Part shown: positions 46,194 through 55,224 of the stretch, in pieces
Numbering within the stretch: position 1 is the stretch's first letter
Layout: the number at the start of each line of letters is the position of its first letter
Source of the DNA: Escherichia phage W70
Sequence record: OP778610
DNA length: 64,000 bases
Direction: 5' to 3' (one strand)
Position numbers and translations under genes: made by a program
Notes under the pieces: generated by a model
Database searches by the model: none
Told to the model about the DNA's origin: nothing
The model's input: only the letters and a program-made list of their open reading frames with translations

Positions 46194-46737
46194 TTAAGTA
46201 GGCATCTGCAAGATCTGTAGACCCGCCGTTCTTACCCGTCTTTGAATATCCAGCTAAAAACCCAGGTTCCATCAACTCGCAAACCTTCATCATTTGATCT
46301 TTATCCATTTTAATTTTTTCCATCTTCGTACCTTTTGCATTCATCACTTCTTGTTCTTCACCAGGTAACTTACCTCGTGCCCAAGATTTAACGGATGTTG
46401 GTGCAATTGTGTGTATGTTGTCCATACTATACCCATCTCGAAGCAGTGTCAACTGAATACAGAAAAATAATCCTGCAAGATCCCTTGTCGCATTACCAGC
46501 AGAGCCGAAACTCAAAGACTCCAATACGATCTTCTCAACCTTAAAAGATTCACAAATATCTGCAATGTGTCTAGAGATGTATGCCATCTGCTCGACAGGG
46601 TTGTCAAATCGAATCTGCCAGTCCTTGGCATTTGCAGATCCAGTGGTTTTTAATACCTCTTTAAAGATCGGTTCATTACCGTCAAAAACTACACATGCAC
46701 AAGAAGCCATACTCTGATCGATGGATAAAATTTTCAC
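46159..46737 (-). CDS. RuvC-like Holliday junction resolvase
   Basis: MKILSIDQS N-terminus; C-terminal DLADAYLIG acidic motif. Confidence 0.6.
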   Translation of the reverse strand: MKILSIDQSMASCACVVFDGNEPIFKEVLKTTGSANAKDWQIRFDNPVEQMAYISRHIADICESFKVEKIVLESLSFGSAGNATRDLAGLFFCIQLTLLRDGYSMDNIHTIAPTSVKSWARGKLPGEEQEVMNAKGTKMEKIKMDKDQMMKVCELMEPGFLAGYSKTGKNGGSTDLADAYLIGRCYLERNGY

Positions 46738-47045
46738 GCTGATTCCCCTTCTTCGGTATTATCAAGATAATGATACTGGTCGATTAAGAACACATAGTTC
46801 TTTACTTCTCCGTCCATGTAAACCATAAAAGTTACATATTTCTCATCATAGAACGGATCACCAACAACATAGATCTGGCAGATAGAATCAACACGTTTGT
46901 CAAACCACTGGATTCGCCAAGGCTCCTCAAGCATAGTCCAAGGTTCTTCAATCTTGTAGACCTGGCGCTTTGCGCCAGGAACGAGTGCTGCACGAATTTC
47001 GTCAGCGATCATAACATCATCAAAACTCTCAGAAAAACCCGACAT
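46734..47045 (-). CDS. hypothetical protein (103 aa)
   Basis: ORF. Confidence 0.5.
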   Translation of the reverse strand: MSGFSESFDDVMIADEIRAALVPGAKRQVYKIEEPWTMLEEPWRIQWFDKRVDSICQIYVVGDPFYDEKYVTFMVYMDGEVKNYVFLIDQYHYLDNTEEGESA

Positions 47046-48154
47046 TAAATACCTACCCGTTTTAAAGTTGAGGCTAATGTTGTCTTATCATTTTCTGTAC
47101 GCTTCATATAAACACACTGGAAAATGACAGAAGCCCACTGACCCGCCGAAAACTTACGATGATTACCTAAATGATCTGTGTATTCAACACCATCAGGAAA
47201 CCACTTCTTATATTGATCAATAATAGCCAACCACATACTCTTCTCGTCTGCACAAGGGGAGATGACCTGGAAAGCCGATGTTTCACCAAAGCGAAGACCC
47301 TCGAAGGTTTGATATGGTTTAACGTTATCCGCTGCATCACCAAATAGCATTTGGTAACCGAAGAATTTCTTACCCCAACCTTTTACCTTACCAGACTCCA
47401 TCCAGATCTCACCCATAGAATCATCGATCAACCAAAGTTCAGGATGTTTCCATGTACGCTCTGTTGAGTCACGCATTGTGTTAAACAACAAAGAAGGAAC
47501 CTGAACCTGATCCTTATCGAATGATGCCACAATATGACTAAACTTTCCAGTCTTCCGATAATTTAAATATCCTTTATATCCAAGGATCGATAAATAATCA
47601 TCTGCCTCAATACCATCCACAATGATCGCACCATACTTCTGCTGAACATATCGACGAGTCTCCCCAAGCAACAGAGGACGTAAAGTATCTTCACGGTTAC
47701 CCTTATAGATCTCAGGGGTCGGGAGTGCAAGACGGAAGTTACCACTCCCACCTAAAACACCAAGCCCGTTTGCTGATCCTACGTGTTCAAGAATAGCATT
47801 GATCTTAATCTTCAATAAGTGAAGACAGTTCTCCACTGGTTCTGGAGTTTGCTTTTCAATGATCTCGAAATCATCACGGGTCCACGGAGTAAATTCTTTT
47901 CCGCGAGCAACCGCTTTTGCTTCCATATTAATGTTTTGGTCTTTTAACCATCCACCAACAACATTCTTTTGGCGACCCCAGAATTCTGTTCGATTTTTAA
48001 ACTCTTTCTCTCGGCCTGTTTCTTTGTGCCGAGCAATGATCGTTCGCTTCTCTGCACCTGCCGCAGCCACGTATGCTGTCTGGTCCAGATCCAATGCCAC
48101 GACAACATTATCTTCGACAATACCTGACCAATCTTTAATTACCGGATAACCCAT
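47045..48154 (-). CDS. 5-prime-3-prime exonuclease / flap endonuclease (RNase H-like)
   Basis: VVALDLDQTAY, GIEADDYL and FGDAADNV motifs typical of FEN/T4 RNase H. Confidence 0.65.
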   Translation of the reverse strand: MGYPVIKDWSGIVEDNVVVALDLDQTAYVAAAGAEKRTIIARHKETGREKEFKNRTEFWGRQKNVVGGWLKDQNINMEAKAVARGKEFTPWTRDDFEIIEKQTPEPVENCLHLLKIKINAILEHVGSANGLGVLGGSGNFRLALPTPEIYKGNREDTLRPLLLGETRRYVQQKYGAIIVDGIEADDYLSILGYKGYLNYRKTGKFSHIVASFDKDQVQVPSLLFNTMRDSTERTWKHPELWLIDDSMGEIWMESGKVKGWGKKFFGYQMLFGDAADNVKPYQTFEGLRFGETSAFQVISPCADEKSMWLAIIDQYKKWFPDGVEYTDHLGNHRKFSAGQWASVIFQCVYMKRTENDKTTLASTLKRVGI

Positions 48155-48168
48155 GAAATCTCCCCTTA

Positions 48169-48687
48169 TTAAAATGCTTCGCCGTAATCTTCGTCTTCTT
48201 TAACTTCTTTTACTGGTCGCTTAAATTTGAAATCTTGACCCATGTATTCATACAGATAATCAATATTCAAAGACCATTCTTGCTTACTTCTTTGTCGCCA
48301 TAAACTAAATTCTTCTTTCAAATAATCAATCGCCTGATCACGAGTGATGTTGTTAACCTTCATGAATTGACGAATTGCCCTTTCAAGGTGTCCATTCTTT
48401 TGTGCTAACCCAGGATGCATGAATTCATGACAAGGTGGGCAAAGACACATAAGGCCGACAAGTTTAACCTCTCCATTTTCAAAAGTCCACTCTTCATGAC
48501 ATTCTACCGCATGTTTTCTTCCATTACCTCCCTGACCGTTACATATCTGACAATGCCAGTTGTGCTCTGCATAACTTTTCTTGCGGATCTTATCCCATTG
48601 GGACTGAGTAAGATATGAACGTAAATTGTTATTCCATGCTGTCTGTGGGATTATGCAAATTTTATGTTTTATATCTACCATTTTCAT
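48169..48687 (-). CDS. HNH-type zinc-finger nuclease-like protein
   Basis: HCQICNG..ECHEEW..CPPCHEFMH. Confidence 0.5.
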   Translation of the reverse strand: MKMVDIKHKICIIPQTAWNNNLRSYLTQSQWDKIRKKSYAEHNWHCQICNGQGGNGRKHAVECHEEWTFENGEVKLVGLMCLCPPCHEFMHPGLAQKNGHLERAIRQFMKVNNITRDQAIDYLKEEFSLWRQRSKQEWSLNIDYLYEYMGQDFKFKRPVKEVKEDEDYGEAF

Positions 48688-49193
48688 TTTCCTCTAAAGT
48701 TGCCTTCCAGTTCAGGGTATTTTTCATTTTTTAGATCGAGGTAAGCTTGTTTTGCTTCCTCTTCTGTTTTGCAATACTTCACGTACTCTCGACCACCCCT
48801 GTTAAGTCTTGCTTGCCAGCAATTACTCTTTTTATGCCAACGATAACCTTTACTCAGTGACCTGTTTACGTTGTTTGCAGATCTATCGACTTCTCGCAGA
48901 TTCCAACCTGCATTATTTTGTCTATTCCCGTCTATGTGATCAATATCTCCAAGAGGCCAATACCCATTAAGAATGAAAAACACAACTCTATGCGCCCTAT
49001 AAGTTTTGTCATTAAGATTCCCGTAAAAATAATTACGATCTCCTTTCTTACATGTTGTGAAGGCGGGATCTCCTATCTCAGACCTTATTCTCTTTATCTT
49101 CCAACGAAGACCTGTATAACTTGACTCATCAACCCCCAGCGATAACTTTATATTTTCAAGTTCCTCCTCGGTTGGGACTCTAACTTTTGTCAT
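48684..49193 (-). CDS. HNH homing endonuclease (HNH_3/AP2-type)
   Basis: YTGLRWK; DHIDGNRQNNAGWNLREVDRSAN. Confidence 0.8.
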   Translation of the reverse strand: MTKVRVPTEEELENIKLSLGVDESSYTGLRWKIKRIRSEIGDPAFTTCKKGDRNYFYGNLNDKTYRAHRVVFFILNGYWPLGDIDHIDGNRQNNAGWNLREVDRSANNVNRSLSKGYRWHKKSNCWQARLNRGGREYVKYCKTEEEAKQAYLDLKNEKYPELEGNFRGK

Positions 49194-49745
49194 TTAATAT
49201 GCCTCACATTTACCAATCATATTCATAGCTTCAGAAACATCGATAATCATATCGGTTGCTTCGTCCCAAGCTTTCCCCAAGAGATTCTCACCATACCAGA
49301 AACTTTCATCATCTACCATAGGGTGATTCTCATCCATACCGATCCCCCATATACGATCTCTCGGAGAAGCCTCTACAAACTTTAAACCCTTTTTACGGTA
49401 ACCTACCGCAAGTTCACGGAGATTACCATTATCACACATACGACTATACACTAAACGGGTTACAATGTTAAATTTATTTTCATCCCAAACTGCCTGATCA
49501 AAATCCTTAACTTTACGACCTAGCCTTTTAGCACCTTGTGGAGTTACAGATTTAAGGATTCTTTCCGCTGAAGCTTTGTCACCGAAAAGCATAGCCTTTT
49601 CATACATCATGTAATGCTCACCTGTGTGGAAATAAACCCCTTTCATCTTCTGGTCGAAGTTTGAAAACGGAGAGATCTCCTGGTAATGATTACTAAAAAC
49701 ATCACGAAAAGAATAAAAGAACACATGTTTATCAGTGACTCGCAT
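49194..49745 (-). CDS. NADAR/YbiA-like (DUF1768) domain protein
   Basis: FFYSF..FSNH..P, KFVEASPRDRIWGIG; start at ATG after AGGAG RBS. Confidence 0.55.
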   Translation of the reverse strand: MRVTDKHVFFYSFRDVFSNHYQEISPFSNFDQKMKGVYFHTGEHYMMYEKAMLFGDKASAERILKSVTPQGAKRLGRKVKDFDQAVWDENKFNIVTRLVYSRMCDNGNLRELAVGYRKKGLKFVEASPRDRIWGIGMDENHPMVDDESFWYGENLLGKAWDEATDMIIDVSEAMNMIGKCEAY

Positions 49746-49881
49746 AAAAACTCCTATAGATCTAATGCAGATATTGAAATCAAGAATAGCACTACCGAAA
49801 GTAATCCGTCCGGCGTACTGAAAAATCCAATCCAGCACGCTCTTGTGAACAGGTAGAATGCCAGTATTAAAACGATAACCC

Positions 49882-50118
49882 CTAAGAATGTTTCGATTTT
49901 TCTAACTCCCGAGCCATAATCTTCGTAATGTCAGCAAACGCAACATAAGCATGTTTGTAACAACCTACATCAACATTGAGAGACTTGATCTCCTCTTCTA
50001 ATGAATTTATTACATGAAGTGTTTGACGAATAAGATCAACATCCTTAGTCGTTACATTGGGCGAAGCTGTCATCAACTTAAGCCTTTCTTTAATCGTTTC
50101 GATATCTTGATTATACAT
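49882..50118 (-). CDS. hypothetical protein (78 aa)
   Basis: ORF. Confidence 0.45.
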   Translation of the reverse strand: MYNQDIETIKERLKLMTASPNVTTKDVDLIRQTLHVINSLEEEIKSLNVDVGCYKHAYVAFADITKIMARELEKSKHS

Positions 50119-50443
50119 TCACAATCTCCAGTAAAGATCCAGGAATTGAAACAGAACAGTTTTCTGCCATCGGGAATTTAGCAATCCAATCTGAAAGGCT
50201 GCAATAGGCAGACCAATCAAAGTCTTCGTCGAAAACGACAATATTATTAAATTCCACACCATCAAGATTAACAATCTTTTTAATAATCAGGTCTTCGATC
50301 TGACTTGCCTTAAAAAGACCACAGATTTTGGATGGCAAGTTAAGTCCCCACCGTTCACGAAATTCAGAATCTTCAAACTTGAAGAAACCAACTGCCTTTG
50401 CCAAGTCTGCTGCACGGACCTCTAAAATAACCAATTTACTCAT
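50111..50443 (-). CDS. hypothetical protein (110 aa)
   Basis: ORF. Confidence 0.5.
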   Translation of the reverse strand: MSKLVILEVRAADLAKAVGFFKFEDSEFRERWGLNLPSKICGLFKASQIEDLIIKKIVNLDGVEFNNIVVFDEDFDWSAYCSLSDWIAKFPMAENCSVSIPGSLLEIVNV

Positions 50444-50656
50444 TTAATTTTCTCCTCGATCTGTGTAGTGCTGTATAATCTCATTTAAACATTTACCTGT
50501 CAACGAAAATTTCTTAGCTACGTAGCATTCGAGAATATGCTCTTTCAAGTCTTCAGAGTCAGTGTATCCCATCTTCACAATGAAGTTGCGAATCTTAGCC
50601 TTATCTTTATCATTTAAAGAATTAAAATAATCACTTTTAGAATTAATTATCCTCAT
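50444..50656 (-). CDS. hypothetical protein (70 aa)
   Basis: Start at ATG after AGGA RBS. Confidence 0.4.
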   Translation of the reverse strand: MRIINSKSDYFNSLNDKDKAKIRNFIVKMGYTDSEDLKEHILECYVAKKFSLTGKCLNEIIQHYTDRGEN

Positions 50657-50915
50657 TTTCAAGTTTCCTGATCTGATAGTAAAGAGAGTCAATGATCTCT
50701 TCGTTGGCCTTAATGTACATATCCCGTAAGAAAGGTTTCAACCCATCACGCAAAATATTTCCATCACAAGCATCGTTCAGGTATGGATGACCTAGAGCCT
50801 CCCAGGCAGGTTGATTGGTATAAGTGCCCCAGCCTTCATTCATCATCTGGTTAAGATACTCGATTTGTTTTATCTTAAGCTGCAAAGCTTCAATAGTAAG
50901 CTGTTTAATGTTCAT
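50643..50915 (-). CDS. hypothetical protein (90 aa)
   Basis: ORF. Confidence 0.45.
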   Translation of the reverse strand: MNIKQLTIEALQLKIKQIEYLNQMMNEGWGTYTNQPAWEALGHPYLNDACDGNILRDGLKPFLRDMYIKANEEIIDSLYYQIRKLENEDN

Positions 50916-51379
50916 CAGTAAAGGTCCTCCGAGTAAAGTTCTTTCTCACTTCCACCACGTTCGATACGTACCTGTCCGGCATAAGTTGCAATAACCATTG
51001 CTTCTTCACGAGTCCAGTAATTTGAATATTGATCAATAAAGCCTTGATCATCACCACAAACTTGTTGTGAAACTAATTGGGGACCAACCACATCAAGCAC
51101 TTCAGCCATATCTTTAGAGTAATGACGAGCACCAGGAATGACTATAGTTCCACCATCCTTCAATTTAAACCGATTAGCAGCACATACAATAGTACGTTGA
51201 ACTTTTTGATCATTATTCCAATGACATGTTTGCCAACAGATCTCAGGAATATCGTCCATCATATCTTCGAAAGAGTAATCAGCATTTCCGTATGACTGTA
51301 GTTTTTCAAACAAACTCTCTGGAGTTTCACGAGACAAAGCTTTATCCAATAATTCCAGACGTTCTTTAAAAGTTTTCAA
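50915..51379 (-). CDS. hypothetical protein (154 aa)
   Basis: ORF. Confidence 0.5.
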   Translation of the reverse strand: MKTFKERLELLDKALSRETPESLFEKLQSYGNADYSFEDMMDDIPEICWQTCHWNNDQKVQRTIVCAANRFKLKDGGTIVIPGARHYSKDMAEVLDVVGPQLVSQQVCGDDQGFIDQYSNYWTREEAMVIATYAGQVRIERGGSEKELYSEDLY

Positions 51380-51383
51380 TTGA

Positions 51384-51572
51384 TCACCCCTCTGTAGTAG
51401 AATCTTGCTTGGTCATTTCACGAAGAATAAGTGCTCCAACATTTTCAAGAAGTGTTACGAGAGAGTCAACTTCAGGTAACTTAATACTCTTAGATTCTTT
51501 ACTCATCCCATCACGAACTGACGAAATTTGCATAAACACGGCGATCATTTCTTTTGTAAGCTTAATATTCAT
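51384..51572 (-). CDS. hypothetical protein (62 aa)
   Basis: ORF. Confidence 0.4.
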   Translation of the reverse strand: MNIKLTKEMIAVFMQISSVRDGMSKESKSIKLPEVDSLVTLLENVGALILREMTKQDSTTEG

Positions 51573-51647
51573 TTTATCCTCTTTAGTTAGTAGATGAATC
51601 GTTGATCATGGTTGTGGCCCAAGTTGAACAATCTGAAGTAATTTATA

Positions 51648-51869
51648 TCAATTTCTCTTGATGTGTTTACTAGGACAGGCTCCCGCACCGTCTTTATATA
51701 CCACAGCAGACGATCGACCGTTGCTATAAACGCATACAGTTTGGCTACCGTCGCGGTATGAATCTTCTAAGTCTAACGTCTGACTGGCGTGAGCCTCAGG
51801 GAAGTTTAGTACACTCGTAATTAGGCAACCAAGTGCAAAACCCATAATCAGTGCTCTATTTTTGCGCAT
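51648..51869 (-). CDS. hypothetical secreted small protein (73 aa)
   Basis: Signal peptide MRKNRALIMGFALGCLITSVLNFPEAHA; Cys residues. Confidence 0.5.
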   Translation of the reverse strand: MRKNRALIMGFALGCLITSVLNFPEAHASQTLDLEDSYRDGSQTVCVYSNGRSSAVVYKDGAGACPSKHIKRN

Positions 51870-51940
51870 TATTTCATATCCTCTTCGTTGGTTGATATAA
51901 GGATTATACAGGATTGGTGGCAGGTGTCAATAGATAGATA

Positions 51941-51965
51941 AAGAAAAACCGCCCCGAAGGGCGGC
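51941..51965 (-). terminator. rho-independent terminator (bidirectional hairpin)
   Basis: CCGCCCCGAAGGGCGG hairpin flanked by A and T runs. Confidence 0.65.
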
Positions 51966-51975
51966 TTAAAAATTT

Positions 51976-52218
51976 TTACCAATTTGCGTAACCATCTTGT
52001 TCATCAGTGTCACGATCTACGATTCGTGGCTTTGGAGTTAGATCCATATGAGCAAGAGGCGTACCTTCTGGAATATCATTCAGTGAATATTCAACATTTA
52101 CCAGTTGACCTGTAAGCTCATCCATCTTTTGGGAGATATACGCTGCAACTGATCGACCTTCCAGAGTAGCCAGGTATTTCAGTTTTTCGTAAGTCGCGTC
52201 ATTAAAATTGATATTCAT
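51976..52218 (-). CDS. hypothetical protein (80 aa)
   Basis: ORF. Confidence 0.5.
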   Translation of the reverse strand: MNINFNDATYEKLKYLATLEGRSVAAYISQKMDELTGQLVNVEYSLNDIPEGTPLAHMDLTPKPRIVDRDTDEQDGYANW

Positions 52219-52280
52219 ATTTGTATCTCCTTTTTGTATTTTTCATTATAAGGGCCACACTAACGTGGCCCGATCGTTAC

Positions 52281-52502
52281 TTAAGCTACCAGTTCTAAAT
52301 CTTCAGCTTCTGCGTAGAAACCATCAACGATAACACCATCCTGACGTGTGAATGCAACAATAACATCTCCCCAATCTTCATCGACGAATTCAACAACGCC
52401 AATATCTCCAAATCGAACACCAGACAAACTGTAGCGGTCTTCATAATTACCTAACGGACTGAACTTAACTGTCTGACCTGGATTAACTTCTTTGATATTC
52501 AC
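52281..52502 (-). CDS. hypothetical protein (73 aa)
   Basis: ORF. Confidence 0.5.
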   Translation of the reverse strand: MNIKEVNPGQTVKFSPLGNYEDRYSLSGVRFGDIGVVEFVDEDWGDVIVAFTRQDGVIVDGFYAEAEDLELVA

Positions 52503-52544
52503 AGAATTTCTCCTTATACAACTTTAAGATATTAGCTTTCTATA

Positions 52545-52859
52545 TTATTCACCAAAAGCAACTTCACGACCCATCAGGATATCAAGCTCATTCAGTTGCT
52601 CAATCTGACTTTCAAGCGCTGCACGTTTCTTCTCTGCTGCATCTTGCTTATCGTATTCACCGTTGATCAGGGTACGCAGGAATTTAGGGTCGATGTTCAG
52701 GTCTTCTTTAGTGATCGCCAGTATGCTTTTCAGATCTTCAGCGGCATCTTTCTGACGACGAACAGCTTCAACACCTTCCTGAACAATGTTAGCCAGACGC
52801 TTACGAACTTCCAGGTCAGAAGGCAGGGTAGTGATCAGATCAGTTTTAGATTTAGCCAT
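52545..52859 (-). CDS. hypothetical protein (104 aa)
   Basis: Start at ATG after AGGAGAA RBS. Confidence 0.5.
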   Translation of the reverse strand: MAKSKTDLITTLPSDLEVRKRLANIVQEGVEAVRRQKDAAEDLKSILAITKEDLNIDPKFLRTLINGEYDKQDAAEKKRAALESQIEQLNELDILMGREVAFGE

Positions 52860-52875
52860 TTTTTTATTTCTCCTA

Positions 52876-53376
52876 TTATTTCCAATAAAATTTACCATTA
52901 AGATGAGGGTAGAGTTCAAGTTTCTTTTTCTCGTACCACTCCCTCGCTTCTTTTTCACTTAAGGTGTTTTTAGTATACACCCTAACTCCGCACTTTACAA
53001 CACTTCTCCAACAATTTTTCTCTGTACACCAAAAATAACCACGAGCTATTTTATTAGCACCGTTATCCAAATGATCAACCTCTCGGAGATTATCAGGATT
53101 GTTGTTACTTTTATCTCTGTCTATATGGTCTATTATACCACTAGGCCAATAGCCTCTGTCAAGAAAAAATACAACTCGGTGACAAAGATACGGCTTATTC
53201 AAAAATCTACCAGAGAAATACCCACTCTTTGTTACTGTGGTCATTGCTGGGTCACCAACCAAAGCCCTTGGCCCAGGTGATAACTTCCAACGAAGAAAAC
53301 TTATACTTGTGTCATCTACGAAAAGATAATCATTGATTGCATAAAGTTCCTTATCACTTGGGATGTATATTTTCAT
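52876..53376 (-). CDS. HNH homing endonuclease (HNH_3/AP2-type)
   Basis: SFLRWK; DHIDRDKSNNNPDNLREVDHLDN. Confidence 0.8.
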   Translation of the reverse strand: MKIYIPSDKELYAINDYLFVDDTSISFLRWKLSPGPRALVGDPAMTTVTKSGYFSGRFLNKPYLCHRVVFFLDRGYWPSGIIDHIDRDKSNNNPDNLREVDHLDNGANKIARGYFWCTEKNCWRSVVKCGVRVYTKNTLSEKEAREWYEKKKLELYPHLNGKFYWK

Positions 53377-53436
53377 AAAATAACACCTCTATCTTTGCTT
53401 CGATGGGGTAAATAATACCCCATTCAATATCTTCTG

Positions 53437-53781
53437 TCAAGCAGGATTTTTAAGTTCTTTAAAAACAACCTGAAAGACTGGAATTTCATCACTGATCTCT
53501 GACACAAGCAGAGCTACAGTTTCACAAGGTAAAGTACACGTTGCAAATGTTTCATAACCCGTATGGATCTTCAAGGTTAAATTACCTTTTAGTCCAATTT
53601 GGAACTGACGGACAAAAGGACTTAATGCACTGACATAGATCTCATGATAACCGTTTGGACGACGAGCATATTTTTTACCACTCGCAAGACCTGTAATAAC
53701 TAAACCATCAAAAGAAATTTTAGTCTGAGAACCATCATACACAGGTAAGCCAGGTTTTTCAACATCTTTTTCTTGATTCAT
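53437..53781 (-). CDS. hypothetical protein (114 aa)
   Basis: ORF. Confidence 0.5.
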   Translation of the reverse strand: MNQEKDVEKPGLPVYDGSQTKISFDGLVITGLASGKKYARRPNGYHEIYVSALSPFVRQFQIGLKGNLTLKIHTGYETFATCTLPCETVALLVSEISDEIPVFQVVFKELKNPA

Positions 53782-53789
53782 AATTCCCC

Positions 53790-53966
53790 CTATCGTACAA
53801 ACATTTTACCCTGGTCACAATAACCGTTTTTAATTCCTCGTGGAGCAGACAAACATTTTACTGCAATCTCTCCACACTTGCAAGGAGCATTTTCACGTTC
53901 TGCAATCTTTCGATTCTGATCGAAAACTTCACCACATTTTTCACATTTGTAAGAATACAACGGCAT
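53790..53966 (-). CDS. FmdB-like zinc-ribbon protein (58 aa)
   Basis: MPLYSYKCEKCGEVF..CKCGE; below ORF track cutoff. Confidence 0.45.
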   Translation of the reverse strand: MPLYSYKCEKCGEVFDQNRKIAERENAPCKCGEIAVKCLSAPRGIKNGYCDQGKMFVR

Positions 53967-53969
53967 TAA

Positions 53970-54707
53970 TTACATACCCTCCAGGTTTGCTTCAAAATAA
54001 GTGATTGGCTTCATGATCTTGCCATTCTTATCTTTAAATACTACACGATCCATACCATCACCACCTTTTACGATGCTTCCCTTTACACCTTGATAACGGT
54101 TACGGTTACGCAGTTCAATCTGTTCAGCTTCCAAACGCAACATGGCATCAATATCAAAATCAGCTTCTGCAAAAAAGTAATACGTCTTGTAGAAACATTC
54201 CGTAAATTCTTTCACGGTTGGGATCTTGGAATCATTTGAATCCAAAACCTCATTTAAAGCACGACGAGCATTAAAGTTGGAGTTCTGCATGATTGCAACA
54301 ACCGCCATAACGATCCCGTTTGTATTGTCACTCTCGATAAATTGATCAAGAGTTCGATAAAGCGAAGTCAGATTATACGTACCAACATTGTCAGCAGGAC
54401 AGATGTTTTCAGAACCACCTTTCAGGAAGTTGTAATATGATCCAACTACAAACAGGTCGCAAAGTGCATCTATGATTTCCTTACGATTCTTTTTAGTTAA
54501 ACCAAGATCATAAAGTTCATTGTACTCTTCCATAACAAGAGTTTTTTGGAATTTTGAAACATCTTCAGAGAAGTCATGAAAACCACGAGCAACAAAATTC
54601 CAATTTTTTACTCGCTCTGCTGCTTCCCGAAAGAAGCTATTGCCCTTAACATCAATCATCTCGGAAATAAAGGTTTTTTGATCAGTACTCAATTCTTTGT
54701 ATTTCAA
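53970..54707 (-). CDS. hypothetical protein (245 aa)
   Basis: ORF. Confidence 0.5.
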   Translation of the reverse strand: MKYKELSTDQKTFISEMIDVKGNSFFREAAERVKNWNFVARGFHDFSEDVSKFQKTLVMEEYNELYDLGLTKKNRKEIIDALCDLFVVGSYYNFLKGGSENICPADNVGTYNLTSLYRTLDQFIESDNTNGIVMAVVAIMQNSNFNARRALNEVLDSNDSKIPTVKEFTECFYKTYYFFAEADFDIDAMLRLEAEQIELRNRNRYQGVKGSIVKGGDGMDRVVFKDKNGKIMKPITYFEANLEGM

Positions 54708-54760
54708 TTTAATCTCCTTTCGTTTAACTTGGGGCCATTATACATGACCCCTTATCATTG

Positions 54761-55222
54761 TCAACAGTCTTTATAAGTTTCTAGTGCAACTTTACGTGCT
54801 TCATCCTTTTCAATCTCAAACTTAGATCGCTTGTCCTTTCTTGAAGCCTTGTTACGGCGTTTAATGATCCGACGGCAAGCATGATAAAGGCGTGTACCTT
54901 CGTAATCATTCATCCAGAACAGATCGCCATTTACAAAAAGGCTGTCGGAGAAAATACCACAAACCTTTTCAATGTAAGTAACCTTACCTGTGACCGTATC
55001 AACAATTGTATAATCAACATACCAAAGATCATCATTGTCTTCACAAGGGTCTTCATGACCTTCAGGAACAAAAACTCCAGAATGTATCTCAAACCGAGGA
55101 GATCCTTTACGAATCAACTTCAAGATCTTACCTGCTGGCTTACGAGTCATCAGCACAGGAGCGCCCAAAATTAAAGAAAGGTAAAGCGCAATCCCCACAA
55201 CAGCGATAATTAAAGCTTCCAC
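54761..55222 (-). CDS. hypothetical membrane-anchored protein (153 aa)
   Basis: N-terminal TM helix then Cys-containing domain. Confidence 0.5.
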   Translation of the reverse strand: MEALIIAVVGIALYLSLILGAPVLMTRKPAGKILKLIRKGSPRFEIHSGVFVPEGHEDPCEDNDDLWYVDYTIVDTVTGKVTYIEKVCGIFSDSLFVNGDLFWMNDYEGTRLYHACRRIIKRRNKASRKDKRSKFEIEKDEARKVALETYKDC

Positions 55223-55224
55223 TA

